Shown: positions 53,274-63,255 of the stretch, in pieces
How positions within the stretch are numbered: position 1 is the first letter of the stretch
Layout of the letters: the number at the start of each line of letters is the position of its first letter
From: an uncultured Nitrososphaerota archaeon
GTDB lineage: Archaea; Thermoproteota; Nitrososphaeria; Nitrososphaerales; CADDZS01
Assembly: GCA_963799845.1 (NCBI GenBank)
Contig: CAWCYI010000004.1
Location: 1,920,001 to 1,984,000, forward strand
DNA length: 64,000 nt
Direction: 5' to 3'
Program-made: the position numbers and the translations under genes
Notes under the pieces: generated by a model
Seen by the model: only the letters and a program-made list of their open reading frames with translations
Database searches by the model: none
Told to the model about the DNA's origin: nothing

Positions 53274-54554
53274 TTGTCAAAGCCATCAGAAAAGCTACGT
53301 GGAAAATCGCTGAGGCCGTACTTGGCGAGCTTCAAGAGTGAGCAAACAAAGGAAAGCTACTGCGGCAAGCTGCGCCTATTCTTGGAAAAAAGCGACCTGG
53401 AATTGGATGAGCTTGTTGAACTTGCGAGATCGCAGCCGAGCAAAGTAGAGGATCTCTTTTTCGATTTCATTGAGACTCGGAAGAAAGAGGGAGTCGGTGG
53501 ATCTACGATTCATATGGCGAGGGACGCTGTGAAACTTCTTCTCGAAATGAATGACATTGAAAAGGTGAACTGGAAGAAAATCGACCGCTTGATTCCACGC
53601 GCAAGAAGGCATGGCTCAGACAGGCCGCCCAGCTCCGAGGAGATCCGAAGGCTTCTGCTTCACGCGGACCTGAAAATGAAGTGCATTATTTTGCTGCTTG
53701 TCAGCTCCGGCATCAGGATCGGCGCACTAGAGTATCTTACCTGGGGCGATCTGGAACCGATCAAAGCGGCGGGATTTCAATTTGCCAAGCTGAGGGTGTA
53801 CTCGGGTGAGCCAGAGGAATACACAACCTTTGTGTCGCCAGAGTGCCATGAAGCTCTCCTAGAATACAGAAAGGCACGAGAAGATGTGGGCGAAAAGATC
53901 ACCAGGAAAAGTCCTCTTATCTCGATTCAACTTAATGAGAGAAAGATTGCAGAGGGCGCACCCGCAACTGCGAGAGTGGTCAAGTCCAGAGTAATCGCCA
54001 ACAAACTTGGACTTTTGTGGAAAGAAATGGGGCTGAGAGAAACTGTCGTCGGGGAAGGAAAAGCCATCAGGCAAAAAGCCATCAGGCACGAGTTCAAGCA
54101 AGCTCATGGTTTTCGCAAATTCTTCAAAGTCGAATGTGAGCGATTTACAAAATCTCTTTTCGTGGAGATATTCATGGGACATGCGACCGGAGTTACGGCA
54201 AGTTACATGAAGCCGCCAATCGAGAACATGATCGAGGAATATGTGAAAGCCATTCCTGGGATCACGATAATGACGAGTCGTGAAATCAAAAGCGAGCGCG
54301 AAATGAGAATGACGTTTCTTTTGCTAAGCGGCAAGTTCACGAAACAAGAAATCGAAGAAAAGCGCTTCGCCGATCTTCCTTACCTAGAACTTCAAAAGGT
54401 GATGGTAGAACGTCTCGAAGATGAAAAGGAGAAAGCTAGTAAGAGTAAGGGGCAGATCGTAGTACCCGTGAGCGAGGTTAAGAATTATCTTGCACAGGGA
54501 TACGACTTGATCGCCCCTTTAGGAAATGGAGAAGCCGTTCTCAAACCCATCTGA
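53274..54554 (+). CDS. int: tyrosine recombinase/integrase
   Basis: SSGIRIGAL (R), HGFRKFF (HxxR), MGH, ASY (Y). Confidence 0.93.
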   Translation: MSKPSEKLRGKSLRPYLASFKSEQTKESYCGKLRLFLEKSDLELDELVELARSQPSKVEDLFFDFIETRKKEGVGGSTIHMARDAVKLLLEMNDIEKVNWKKIDRLIPRARRHGSDRPPSSEEIRRLLLHADLKMKCIILLLVSSGIRIGALEYLTWGDLEPIKAAGFQFAKLRVYSGEPEEYTTFVSPECHEALLEYRKAREDVGEKITRKSPLISIQLNERKIAEGAPATARVVKSRVIANKLGLLWKEMGLRETVVGEGKAIRQKAIRHEFKQAHGFRKFFKVECERFTKSLFVEIFMGHATGVTASYMKPPIENMIEEYVKAIPGITIMTSREIKSEREMRMTFLLLSGKFTKQEIEEKRFADLPYLELQKVMVERLEDEKEKASKSKGQIVVPVSEVKNYLAQGYDLIAPLGNGEAVLKPI

Positions 54555-54959
54555 GGCCAAGCACCACGGATTTCGATGGTCGGGGGGAGTGTCTTTCCCC
54601 TCGGCGGCCCCACGGATCCTCTTTCCTTTTTCTCTGGCGCGGATCTCATCCAGGCGCGGTTTCTTCCTCGCTTCCCGTATCAGGCTCCCTTTTAGCCTGG
54701 AAGCCATTGTATCGGGAGTGATACTTTTCTGACACGAATTTGCTGTCGATGACGAGCTGGATCGCAAACCATTTTCCAGTCTCACAGAGCAGCGAAACGT
54801 ACTCTTTTGCCAGCTCTTCCGTGTCGGGGCGGGAGAGGAAGCGCGCGCGCCGTTCTTTGAATTCTTTACACCTTTTTTCAGGCCACCGATCTACATAGCG
54901 ACCTGCATTGTTGGCGCTACATTATTACCACTCATTAAGTTTTCTCCATAGTTTCCTTA

Positions 54960-55217
54960 ATGGCCCAGATCCTCATCCACATCTCCGCCCGACAAAACCT
55001 GGCCTACGTCAAAAAAGAGATCACAAACGCGCTCGGTTACGAGCTGGCAGGATATACTGCTGGCCTGGCGTTGATCCTAGTCCCGTCGCAGAAAGGTACC
55101 GACGAGGAAATCATTCAGAGCATTGATCTAGCAACACAAGAGCTCAAGTTTGAACTGGGGAGAAGCATCCGCCCTAAAACGCGGTCCGAGCCGCACAGGA
55201 AATCTGGGGGTTCGTAA
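54960..55217 (+). CDS. hypothetical protein
   Basis: first ORF of the co-oriented cluster. Confidence 0.5.
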   Translation: MAQILIHISARQNLAYVKKEITNALGYELAGYTAGLALILVPSQKGTDEEIIQSIDLATQELKFELGRSIRPKTRSEPHRKSGGS

Positions 55218-55308
55218 TTTGCCACGCAAAATCGGAAATCCGAAAGCGGCCGATTTTAAACCTTCGTCGCCTAAAGTCATCTCCCTGAAACCCCTCAAGA
55301 GCTTCTCG

Positions 55309-55452
55309 ATGCAGGATCGTCCTGATTCACTATTTACAAAAGTCATCTTGCAGGAACCAGACGAGATTTCTGAGGCAGATTTCAAAGCCAAACTTTCAGC
55401 ATGGTTTTCGATCCTGGAAATAGAAAGCCACGAACAACGAGTCATGCCCTAA
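55309..55452 (+). CDS. microprotein, paralog of 63256-63411
   Basis: EPDEISEADFKAKLSAWFSILEIE motif repeated at 63.3 kb. Confidence 0.6.
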   Translation: MQDRPDSLFTKVILQEPDEISEADFKAKLSAWFSILEIESHEQRVMP

Positions 55453-55629
55453 CATTTCTCGCAGGCGCACAAGAACAATGAGAAATAAGAGAAACGCGAC
55501 TGTCGGTTTCCAAGCCCCCAGGTCGCGTTGTCCTAATCCAACGGTATTTTGGACTGATCGACAATGACTGACACCCATTCCTTCCGTATAACAATTTCGA
55601 CGAAATCGCTTCGCGAGGATTGATGATCG

Positions 55630-56685
55630 ATGGTAGATTCACCAGACCTCAAACCGACAAGCGAAGCGGAGACCGCAACGCGCAGGGAGCTGACCATCCG
55701 ACACAGGAAGATTCTTTCTTCCGAATGGACCTCGCCGCAGATCCAATCCAAGCTCCCGATTCTCTGGACGGCAATTACTTTCCTCGCCAGTTTGAGGATG
55801 AACTACGTCGAGGACGAGAAAAAGAAATCCTGCCCCATCTTCCTGATTACGCTCTACGGGATTGCATACACTCGGCCTGCTTACCTCAGAGTTCGCGAGA
55901 ATCCAAATTGGGGGCGCACTCTGCTCGCCAGGCGAAAACATGCAATCGAGATGAACATCGTCCGAGGGAAGAAAGGGCAGCAGCTAACCCCGCTTGAGAT
56001 CGAACTATTCGAGATCATGGACGCTGCCAAACAATTCGTACCCTTTGACATGATCTTGAAGCTGGATTCGATCATGCGGGCTGCCGAAGGGGTACCCGCG
56101 CCAGCAAAGTCGAGCGAAGTACCGGATTCACTGCGCGGCGATCTTCGCGCCTATCAAACGGTCTCAGAAGAAGAAGAAAAGCAACTGCGCGTTGATCCCG
56201 AGGAAGAAGAACGTCTGCGGAAAAGATCCGAGAAGGAACGCGACGAAAAGAAACGCGATCTCCGAAGCAAAATAGTCCACTACAAAGAGGTCGCGAAAAA
56301 CTGCATGAACCATCTCGCAGACGGCGATTCGGTTGAGGCATATGAGCGCAATTTGGCGGACACTCGACTAAAGCTGGCGAAGCATCGCTCAGATCTCAAA
56401 GAGCTCATGGCCCAGGATGGGGAAAAAATCCACGAAAACGACCCGACGTTCAAAGACGACGATCCTTACCAGGAAAATATCCTCTCGGCGCAAGAGGCTG
56501 TCCAGAACGCGACAAAATCCGAGGAAATTTTCAATCACATAGTTGAGATTCAACAACGCCTCAACGGAAATCGCGAAGCAATTCTCAATCCAGCGCAACG
56601 GAAAATACTGGAAGCTGAATTCAGAGCTCAGGTCGCAAATTTCCAGAAGCTCGGCGGCGACGTGAAAAGGTTGGACAAGATTTGA
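55630..56685 (+). CDS. coiled-coil hypothetical protein
   Basis: 351 aa with a charged helical C-terminal half. Confidence 0.7.
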   Translation: MVDSPDLKPTSEAETATRRELTIRHRKILSSEWTSPQIQSKLPILWTAITFLASLRMNYVEDEKKKSCPIFLITLYGIAYTRPAYLRVRENPNWGRTLLARRKHAIEMNIVRGKKGQQLTPLEIELFEIMDAAKQFVPFDMILKLDSIMRAAEGVPAPAKSSEVPDSLRGDLRAYQTVSEEEEKQLRVDPEEEERLRKRSEKERDEKKRDLRSKIVHYKEVAKNCMNHLADGDSVEAYERNLADTRLKLAKHRSDLKELMAQDGEKIHENDPTFKDDDPYQENILSAQEAVQNATKSEEIFNHIVEIQQRLNGNREAILNPAQRKILEAEFRAQVANFQKLGGDVKRLDKI

Positions 56686-57152
56686 GCCAAGTCCAGACCA
56701 AGCAGAAACGAAAGTTGAGGGATAAAATCCTCGACTATTCAAACGAGGGCAAATCGGTCGTCGAGGATGCAACCGTCGCGAGAATCCCGATGGATTCCAA
56801 ATCGGAGAGCCGCCTCGGTCATTATGCTGACACAAAGCAGATCATAACAAAACGCCTAACGCGGCGGGAAGTTATCACGGGACAACTCGCCATCCAGTTA
56901 GGTGAAAGCGAGGACATTGCAAAAATGGTCGCTGCCGATCTCAGGCATCAACGCCTGGGCGTTCCGCGCGTAGAGACTCCGAAGGAACGAAGCCTGCGGG
57001 AGTGGCAAAATCTTGAGCGAGGGATGGACACGCAATTTGGATCTCCCAAGCCGACAAGTTTCTGGAAGAAAATTGAGGCGATGCCAGAGAAACAAATCGT
57101 AGAGGAACAATTCGCTGAGGGTGAGCCTCAACGGAACAACATTACGGAATGA
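56682..57152 (+). CDS. hypothetical protein
   Basis: 4-bp overlap with the upstream gene. Confidence 0.65.
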   Translation: MSQVQTKQKRKLRDKILDYSNEGKSVVEDATVARIPMDSKSESRLGHYADTKQIITKRLTRREVITGQLAIQLGESEDIAKMVAADLRHQRLGVPRVETPKERSLREWQNLERGMDTQFGSPKPTSFWKKIEAMPEKQIVEEQFAEGEPQRNNITE

Positions 57153-57392
57153 GGCGGTTCGGAGATGAAATTTGCGTTTTATAATTCATGGGTGTCTGCG
57201 GTTCATGTCTCGCGCACGCGAGAAGTTTTTTCCCCACTAACAACGAAGCCGAGGTCCAGATCGTCGCCAGCTCTACGATCATGGCTCTACACCATCATCG
57301 CTGCGACTATGAAAAGTGCAAGTGTCAGTGTAACTATCCCCGTCGCATGTGCGCCAATCTCAATCTTGCTCGGGAACGAGTGTTGAAATTAC

Positions 57393-57995
57393 TTGAGTGC
57401 TTCGCGGGCAATCCAAACGGACAAGCGTGGAGTCCGAATGGTCGAGGTGTTATGCCCCTGCCCGTGCCGGCACAAATTCATGGTTCCAATCCCAAGCAAA
57501 AATTCCGCAAATGACGGAGCTTACTACGCGCCTAACATCAAGAAACTGGCGCGGTTTCATCAAAGAATCCTTCAAGTGTTGCGTACCGCGAAAGATTCGC
57601 AATGCAGCGGGCTTCGGAATCTCGAAATCCAAAGTCTAGTGAACGCCCTTTGCAGGACGAACCAAGAACCACCGTTTAGTCCAAACGGGTTTTCTGGACG
57701 ACTAGCCGAGTTAAGAGGACTCGAACTAATCTTAGGCGGTTCCAGCAAACCAGCTATCTCGGGAGATCAGGAAGATCCACCCGAATCCTATCAATGGCGT
57801 TTCTCTGAGAAGGACCGTGAGGACATTCAACGTTGGGCGATCACGCGGAAGGGAATTGTGGCTTTGGAAGAAGGGCCCTGGAAGGAAACCGTTGATGAGG
57901 CATACACACACGAGCAAGAGCGAACCCACGAGATCGCGAGCGAATTTTTCTCGACGCAGAAGGTTCTCGAACCACCCCCGCCCCCAGAGGAATGA
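57393..57995 (+). CDS. Zn-ribbon plus winged-helix-like protein
   Basis: CPCPC; FSGRLAELRGLELI..RWAITRKG; may be joined to the Cys-rich ORF 57188 by a frameshift. Confidence 0.55.
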   Translation: MSASRAIQTDKRGVRMVEVLCPCPCRHKFMVPIPSKNSANDGAYYAPNIKKLARFHQRILQVLRTAKDSQCSGLRNLEIQSLVNALCRTNQEPPFSPNGFSGRLAELRGLELILGGSSKPAISGDQEDPPESYQWRFSEKDREDIQRWAITRKGIVALEEGPWKETVDEAYTHEQERTHEIASEFFSTQKVLEPPPPPEE

Positions 57996-59293
57996 AAGTC
58001 ACGCAGCAAGAAAAGACCGAGCCGCAGAGGACCGAGGTACTAATCTCGGAAATCAACATCGGCAACCGGATCCGGAAGGACTTTGGCGATATTGAAAGCC
58101 TCGCCAATTCCATAATGGAAATCGGGCTGCTGCATCCCGTCGTAGTCCGTCTCGAAAATAACGAACTGAATTTAATGTCAGGCCGCCGTCGACTGGCTGC
58201 CTATCAACATCTCGGATTCGCGAAGATCCCCATCTACATCACAACAACTGCAACCGAAGCCATTGAGATCGAGATTCACGAGAATCTTGAGCGAAAAGAT
58301 TTCTCCGTTACTGAAATGGTTGAGGTCGATTCATGGCTGCGCCCCAGGCTTGAGGAAGAAGCCAAAGAGCGCATGAAGGCTGGCGCGAAGAAAGGTGGCG
58401 AGTCCAAAGGTAAGAAGGGAAAAGCCGCCACTAGAAAAGCGGAACAACGCACGAGAGACGCAATAGCAAAGGTCGTCGGAAAAAGCGGTCGTACGATCGA
58501 CAAAGCAAAGAGACTCGTGGAAGCTGCAAAGGCAAATCCTGAGATCTTCCGACCACTGCTCTCCAAAGTGGAGATGGGGCAGCTCTCTATCGACCGAGCT
58601 CTTGACCAAGTGAAGCACATCGAGAAGGTTCAGGAATCCGAGAGGATTATCGCAAAGTTGCCCGCTGAACTCGACGACAAGATCATCCACGGAGATTTTA
58701 CTAAGGTCTGCAAGACACTCAAAATGAATTCGATCAAGCTGATTTTTACAGACCCGCCGTACGGAAGGGACGGCCTGCCGGTGATCAAAGAACTCGCCAA
58801 CATATCTTTCACGCTCTTGAAGAACGGCGGCTATCTGGCGTTTTACTCGGGTCAAGAATTCCTTCCCGAAGTGTTCGAGATTTTCCGCGATTTCCTAAAG
58901 GACGGCTCTTTGAAATGGGTGTGGCCGGGCGCGGTCTTTCACGAGAGCGAGCAGCCAGGTTACAATCTCTTTGGAAAGAAAATCACGGTTACGAATCGCT
59001 GGAAGCCGATCCTGATTTTCGTGAAGGGCGAACCCGAGGGAGATAACATCGGGTTTGTCGATTTCCTGACTGGCGAGAAAGGGCGGAAAGAGGATCATGA
59101 GTGGGCGCAGGGCGAATCAGAGGCGCGGTACTTTATCGAGAAACTGACCAAGCCAGGCGAGTATGTTTTGGATCCAATGCTCGGCTGTGGTACTACATTG
59201 AGGGCAGCGAAGGATCTGAAACGTCGCGGGATTGGGATCGAGATTAATGAGGACAGTTACAAGATCGCGGTTGCGAAAGTGTCAGCGAAATGA
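57992..59293 (+). CDS. ParB/Srx domain fused to an amino-DNA methyltransferase
   Basis: RIRKDFGDIESLANSI..GLLHPVVV..SGRRRL; TDPPY before VLDPMLGCGTT (beta order). Confidence 0.9.
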   Translation: MKVTQQEKTEPQRTEVLISEINIGNRIRKDFGDIESLANSIMEIGLLHPVVVRLENNELNLMSGRRRLAAYQHLGFAKIPIYITTTATEAIEIEIHENLERKDFSVTEMVEVDSWLRPRLEEEAKERMKAGAKKGGESKGKKGKAATRKAEQRTRDAIAKVVGKSGRTIDKAKRLVEAAKANPEIFRPLLSKVEMGQLSIDRALDQVKHIEKVQESERIIAKLPAELDDKIIHGDFTKVCKTLKMNSIKLIFTDPPYGRDGLPVIKELANISFTLLKNGGYLAFYSGQEFLPEVFEIFRDFLKDGSLKWVWPGAVFHESEQPGYNLFGKKITVTNRWKPILIFVKGEPEGDNIGFVDFLTGEKGRKEDHEWAQGESEARYFIEKLTKPGEYVLDPMLGCGTTLRAAKDLKRRGIGIEINEDSYKIAVAKVSAK

Positions 59294-59550
59294 TGAGTGG
59301 TAGCAAGACAAGAATGCGGATCAGGCAGCTTAGTCGAGGACACAGACTTTTGCTCACCGTCTTGAAAGCCAACAGCAAGCTGACGATGTGGCAGGCGTAC
59401 CAAAAACAAATGGAGCTCACAAGAGGAACCCAGGAAAAAGGTCTGATGCCGTGGTCCGTTGCGGGGAGATTGTCAGAAATGAAAACCATTGGGCTTGTAG
59501 TGAACAGAGACGGTCGTTGGGCGATCACCAGGCTGGTCAGACCGCGTTAG
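59290..59550 (+). CDS. small winged-helix protein
   Basis: SVAGRLSEMKTIGLV..RWAIT, similar to ORF 57393. Confidence 0.6.
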   Translation: MMSGSKTRMRIRQLSRGHRLLLTVLKANSKLTMWQAYQKQMELTRGTQEKGLMPWSVAGRLSEMKTIGLVVNRDGRWAITRLVRPR

Positions 59551-59566
59551 TGAATGGGAATATAGA

Positions 59567-59764
59567 ATGAAAATTGTGATCTCCCAAGACAGTGAAAAAG
59601 AGAGGAACACAGACCTGATGATAATCGGCGCGGTTTCGTTTGCCCTGCGAGAAATTCCAAAATCACAACAGGCTAATCCTCTAATCGAGATGTTCAGAGA
59701 ATCTATCCAGTCTGCGATCAAAGACGACGCAGAGTGCCGCGCTAGATTGGGGCTGGCGAAATGA
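59567..59764 (+). CDS. hypothetical protein
   Basis: 65 aa; overlaps the next gene by 4 bp. Confidence 0.5.
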   Translation: MKIVISQDSEKERNTDLMIIGAVSFALREIPKSQQANPLIEMFRESIQSAIKDDAECRARLGLAK

Positions 59765-60627
59765 ACGGACAAGACCGCCAGCTCTTGATGTTCAAGACCG
59801 CAGACAAAGGCTTCAAAGCTGAGAAGATTGGGAACGCGCAGCTGATCTTGGGCGACGCTATGGACTTCATGGCGAACCTTCCTGACAAGTGCATTGACGC
59901 AGTTGTTACATCGCCGCCGTTTCGGATTGAAGATCTAATTGGACGTGGGGATTATCGCGACCGCGATTACGACTACTATCTAGCATTGACGAAGTACCTC
60001 GTAGAGATTGAGAGGGTTACAATCGACACTGCCCTTATCTTCAATTCGAGCGTCAATCTCCCTTCACTTGCGTACAGGTTCTACGGAAATCGCAGCCCCG
60101 AGGATAACAACGGTCTTAACCTAAAGCGGATTTTGATCTGGGACAAATTCCGTGGGATGGAACCTTTCCGGTACGAGCCGATCCTAGCCTTCCAGTTTTC
60201 CACGGCCCGATACAATCTGAACTCGTCGGTTTTTACGGACTGTTACCACTGCCCTAGTGTTCCCAAGCAAGATATGATCCACGACTATCAGAATCCTATC
60301 AGGATCCAAGAGCGTTGGCTGCTCAAAATTCTGCAACATCGCAACGCCAAGAAATTCACGAAAGTTGTGTACGACCCATTCATGGGCAGTGGCAGTATAC
60401 TAGCTGCGGGCCTAAGCTTCCCAGGAATTAGGACAATCGGCACAGAGATCGACCCCATGAGTTTCGAGGGCGCGAAAATGAGTGCCGCTTTGAAGAAACA
60501 GCTCTTTGCGGACCGCCCCAAGAGCGATTTAGAGAATTTGATCGAGGGCCGATTTGAAACGGAGCTGTCGAAGATCTACTTTGCCAAGTTTCCAGAGAGG
60601 CGGAAATTACGGGTATCAGGGAAATGA
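59761..60627 (+). CDS. DNA methyltransferase (N4-C/N6-A, beta class)
   Basis: GDAMD, TSPPF, YDPFMGSGS, GTEID. Confidence 0.88.
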   Translation: MNGQDRQLLMFKTADKGFKAEKIGNAQLILGDAMDFMANLPDKCIDAVVTSPPFRIEDLIGRGDYRDRDYDYYLALTKYLVEIERVTIDTALIFNSSVNLPSLAYRFYGNRSPEDNNGLNLKRILIWDKFRGMEPFRYEPILAFQFSTARYNLNSSVFTDCYHCPSVPKQDMIHDYQNPIRIQERWLLKILQHRNAKKFTKVVYDPFMGSGSILAAGLSFPGIRTIGTEIDPMSFEGAKMSAALKKQLFADRPKSDLENLIEGRFETELSKIYFAKFPERRKLRVSGK

Positions 60628-60648
60628 GTTACCAAATGGTGAAAGGAA

Positions 60649-61785
60649 TTGAGTAAGCAGCAGACTGTACAGCAACAAGAAACGATCTCACAAGAGCTCG
60701 CTCTGACCGAGGACGATCAGTATGGAATTATGGATACCTTAGACGACGACATTATTCGCCTAGAACTAGGCGGTATCCTAGTCAGCGAGCTCATCTACGA
60801 GTTCGATATGGCGACGAAACCGAATCCGACTCACGTAATTGGATTGACCGTTCACGGCGCGAATGAGATGGCACGTCTCGCTCTGAGAAAGCTCGATGTG
60901 GATATTCTCTGCGAAATGCCGATCACGGTAGAACGTCCTAACAGTTTCAAATCCTTTTGCAAAATAGCAATAGTCGAGCCAACTGGACGGCGTTTCGAGG
61001 TTTGGGGAGAGAAGATCCAACCGAAAAGCATCATCCGAAAAGATGGATCAGTAGCGAAGGAAAACGATCCCAACGCCGAGGTTATCTCGGACATGAAGGC
61101 ACAACGAAATGCGATACTCAAAATATTTCCACCCAAAACTTCCGCAACGATATTGAAACAGATCGAGTCGGACGGCGCGGATCCAAAAACAAAGACTATC
61201 AAGAAGCTCTCACCCGACGAGGTTCAGGCTGCTGCTAGAAAAGCAAGAGGCGTTGGCCGTGCCCTCGCGGTGGACAATGCGCCAGCCAAAAAAATCGAAA
61301 CCCAAGCCCAAGAGAAGCCTTCCGACAGTGTAGCTACTCAGTCTAACAAGCCCGCAACCACGACAGAGCCAGCCGAGAAGAAACCTAGCAATGGCAACGG
61401 TTCAACTTCTGCATCGGCCTTTGATGTTTCGGCAGTAAAGACACCTAGCAAGCAGATCACTGAAAAGGATCAGCAGAGGTTCCAGCAAATCATCGACGAA
61501 AACAAAATCCGTTTTCGGGTCTATGGACCTGGCAACACGAAGGAATGGATCGCAGACGATCCGAATTCAGAGGACGAGACGAAGCGATACGAGAAATATG
61601 CAGCACTTCGCCCCGTGAAAGGCAGTGGCGCAGAGATCCCAGGGTTCAACGATCTTGCAGCTTTTCTCACAGAGTTTGGCGGCACTTTCATCGAACCGCC
61701 TAACTCCCTGACGGGCAAGCCAGGCTTCATCTACGTCCTCGCGGAAAAGCTCGGAGAGACTGTAATTCAGCGCAAGATACAATGA
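60649..61785 (+). CDS. hypothetical two-domain protein with a low-complexity linker
   Basis: 378-aa ORF after a GGTGA SD. Confidence 0.75.
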   Translation: MSKQQTVQQQETISQELALTEDDQYGIMDTLDDDIIRLELGGILVSELIYEFDMATKPNPTHVIGLTVHGANEMARLALRKLDVDILCEMPITVERPNSFKSFCKIAIVEPTGRRFEVWGEKIQPKSIIRKDGSVAKENDPNAEVISDMKAQRNAILKIFPPKTSATILKQIESDGADPKTKTIKKLSPDEVQAAARKARGVGRALAVDNAPAKKIETQAQEKPSDSVATQSNKPATTTEPAEKKPSNGNGSTSASAFDVSAVKTPSKQITEKDQQRFQQIIDENKIRFRVYGPGNTKEWIADDPNSEDETKRYEKYAALRPVKGSGAEIPGFNDLAAFLTEFGGTFIEPPNSLTGKPGFIYVLAEKLGETVIQRKIQ

Positions 61786-63221
61786 GTTTGGCAACAATGA
61801 TCGCGGAACGGTCGATAACAAGTTGGTTTGAAGGTAGACCCTGCCCCCGATGCAACAAGAGCAAGACTGTCTGTGAAAACGGGCAGTTCATCTGCTCTGG
61901 CTGCGGCGCGGTTCTGAAAGAAGAATTCGAGCCAGAGACAGGCCCCCGTGCGCGGGTTAATTCCAAATCAATCTCGCCAAAGCTGGATCGCCTCTCGCGT
62001 CGCACGTTCATCGGAAGGTCAGACGCGATGGCCATGAAGCTGCCGACCATCCCGCTACAACGTCTGGATTACGACACCCAGAAAAGCGCGCAGTTCAACG
62101 ATTACCTGATTCGGACGGCAGACTACGTGGATAAGCTTGGCCTCGGAACCACGGTCTATGAGGAAGCGTACGGGATTTTGATTAAGGCGCGTGATAAGGT
62201 GCTTGTCCGCCGCTATGAACTGGCAACGGTCGCGAGCATTTACCTCGCTTGCAGAAAGCTGCAAATTTCCAGATCGCTTGAGGACATTTGTACGGTACTC
62301 CCCCAGTACGACCGCTGGAAGGCGTTGAAGGTCTATCGAAAATTGTGTGATGGGCTGAACGAGAAACCGCCGTCAGAAAATCTGGGTGGACTCCTGGCGG
62401 GGATCGCTGCGAGAGCCGGAGTACCGGAACCTGTAACTCGGACCGCGCTCAAGATGATGCAGAATTTAGCAGGGAAACAACTGTTCGCAGGATCTACACC
62501 AAGAGGTTTCTGCGCTGGATTACTCTGCGAGGCTGCGACGACCCACCATTACAAATTGCAGATGCCCGTTATCGCCAAAGCGTCCCACGCCAGCAACGAA
62601 ACCATTAGGCGACACTCGAAAAATATCCGCGTCGCGCTAGGCGGCAGAACTCGAATTAGAGCTGACGAAGAAAGAAAAAGAAATCCACACTCGGAATTTG
62701 ATGTTTCTCATTGCGGAAACGAATCGTCGTCTCAGGCAGCGACCATTTTCATTTTCAACAGGTTGATCGTTTTGAGTTTGGTATCACGCGACAACACTTC
62801 CACAAAGCAAAGTGCCTGGCAACTGCACCCTGACATTCAGGGCCACGCAATTTGGCACTATCACTGCAAACTCGTCAATCGTGTGAACGCGCTGATCCAC
62901 CTTTCCGAGCTCGCCGTGATCCCGATCATCCTCGTCAAAGTATCCTGCAAAAATTGTGGGAAAAAGCCAGAGCCTTTCCGACTCACAAACAAATGGAATA
63001 CCACTTGCCCTAAGTGCAAGTCTGATAACATCACCTTCACTACTGACGTTATGTATCAGGTCGTCTATCAGGATGGAGAACCCGAGAAGGATACCGAGAC
63101 CGAATTCTCCTATGCAGATTTCGAGAACCACGAGGAATTTGTCAAGTTCATCATGTTCCTGAACCAAGAGCGCGAGAAGGCTGGCAATCCTTTGATCGAG
63201 CCGTTTCCAATGAGGTACTAG
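61782..63221 (+). CDS. divergent TFB/TFIIB-like protein with C-terminal Zn-ribbon extension
   Basis: CPRC..CSGCGAV; ASIYLACR..RSLEDI; GSTPRGFCAG; SNETIR; extra CKNC..CPKC domain. Confidence 0.8.
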   Translation: MSLATMIAERSITSWFEGRPCPRCNKSKTVCENGQFICSGCGAVLKEEFEPETGPRARVNSKSISPKLDRLSRRTFIGRSDAMAMKLPTIPLQRLDYDTQKSAQFNDYLIRTADYVDKLGLGTTVYEEAYGILIKARDKVLVRRYELATVASIYLACRKLQISRSLEDICTVLPQYDRWKALKVYRKLCDGLNEKPPSENLGGLLAGIAARAGVPEPVTRTALKMMQNLAGKQLFAGSTPRGFCAGLLCEAATTHHYKLQMPVIAKASHASNETIRRHSKNIRVALGGRTRIRADEERKRNPHSEFDVSHCGNESSSQAATIFIFNRLIVLSLVSRDNTSTKQSAWQLHPDIQGHAIWHYHCKLVNRVNALIHLSELAVIPIILVKVSCKNCGKKPEPFRLTNKWNTTCPKCKSDNITFTTDVMYQVVYQDGEPEKDTETEFSYADFENHEEFVKFIMFLNQEREKAGNPLIEPFPMRY

Positions 63222-63255
63222 ACATGGTTTCATTGAAAGCGACAAGAGATACGCG

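Noticed and set aside
54731-54744. GACACGAATTTGCT, identical to part of R2, downstream of the integrase
   Set aside because: A single 14-bp match without the palindrome; it could be an arm-type site but is not supportable.
60649-61785. Possible single-strand annealing (Rad52/ERF-like) protein
   Set aside because: Size and context are suggestive, but I recognise no diagnostic motif; it needs a profile search.
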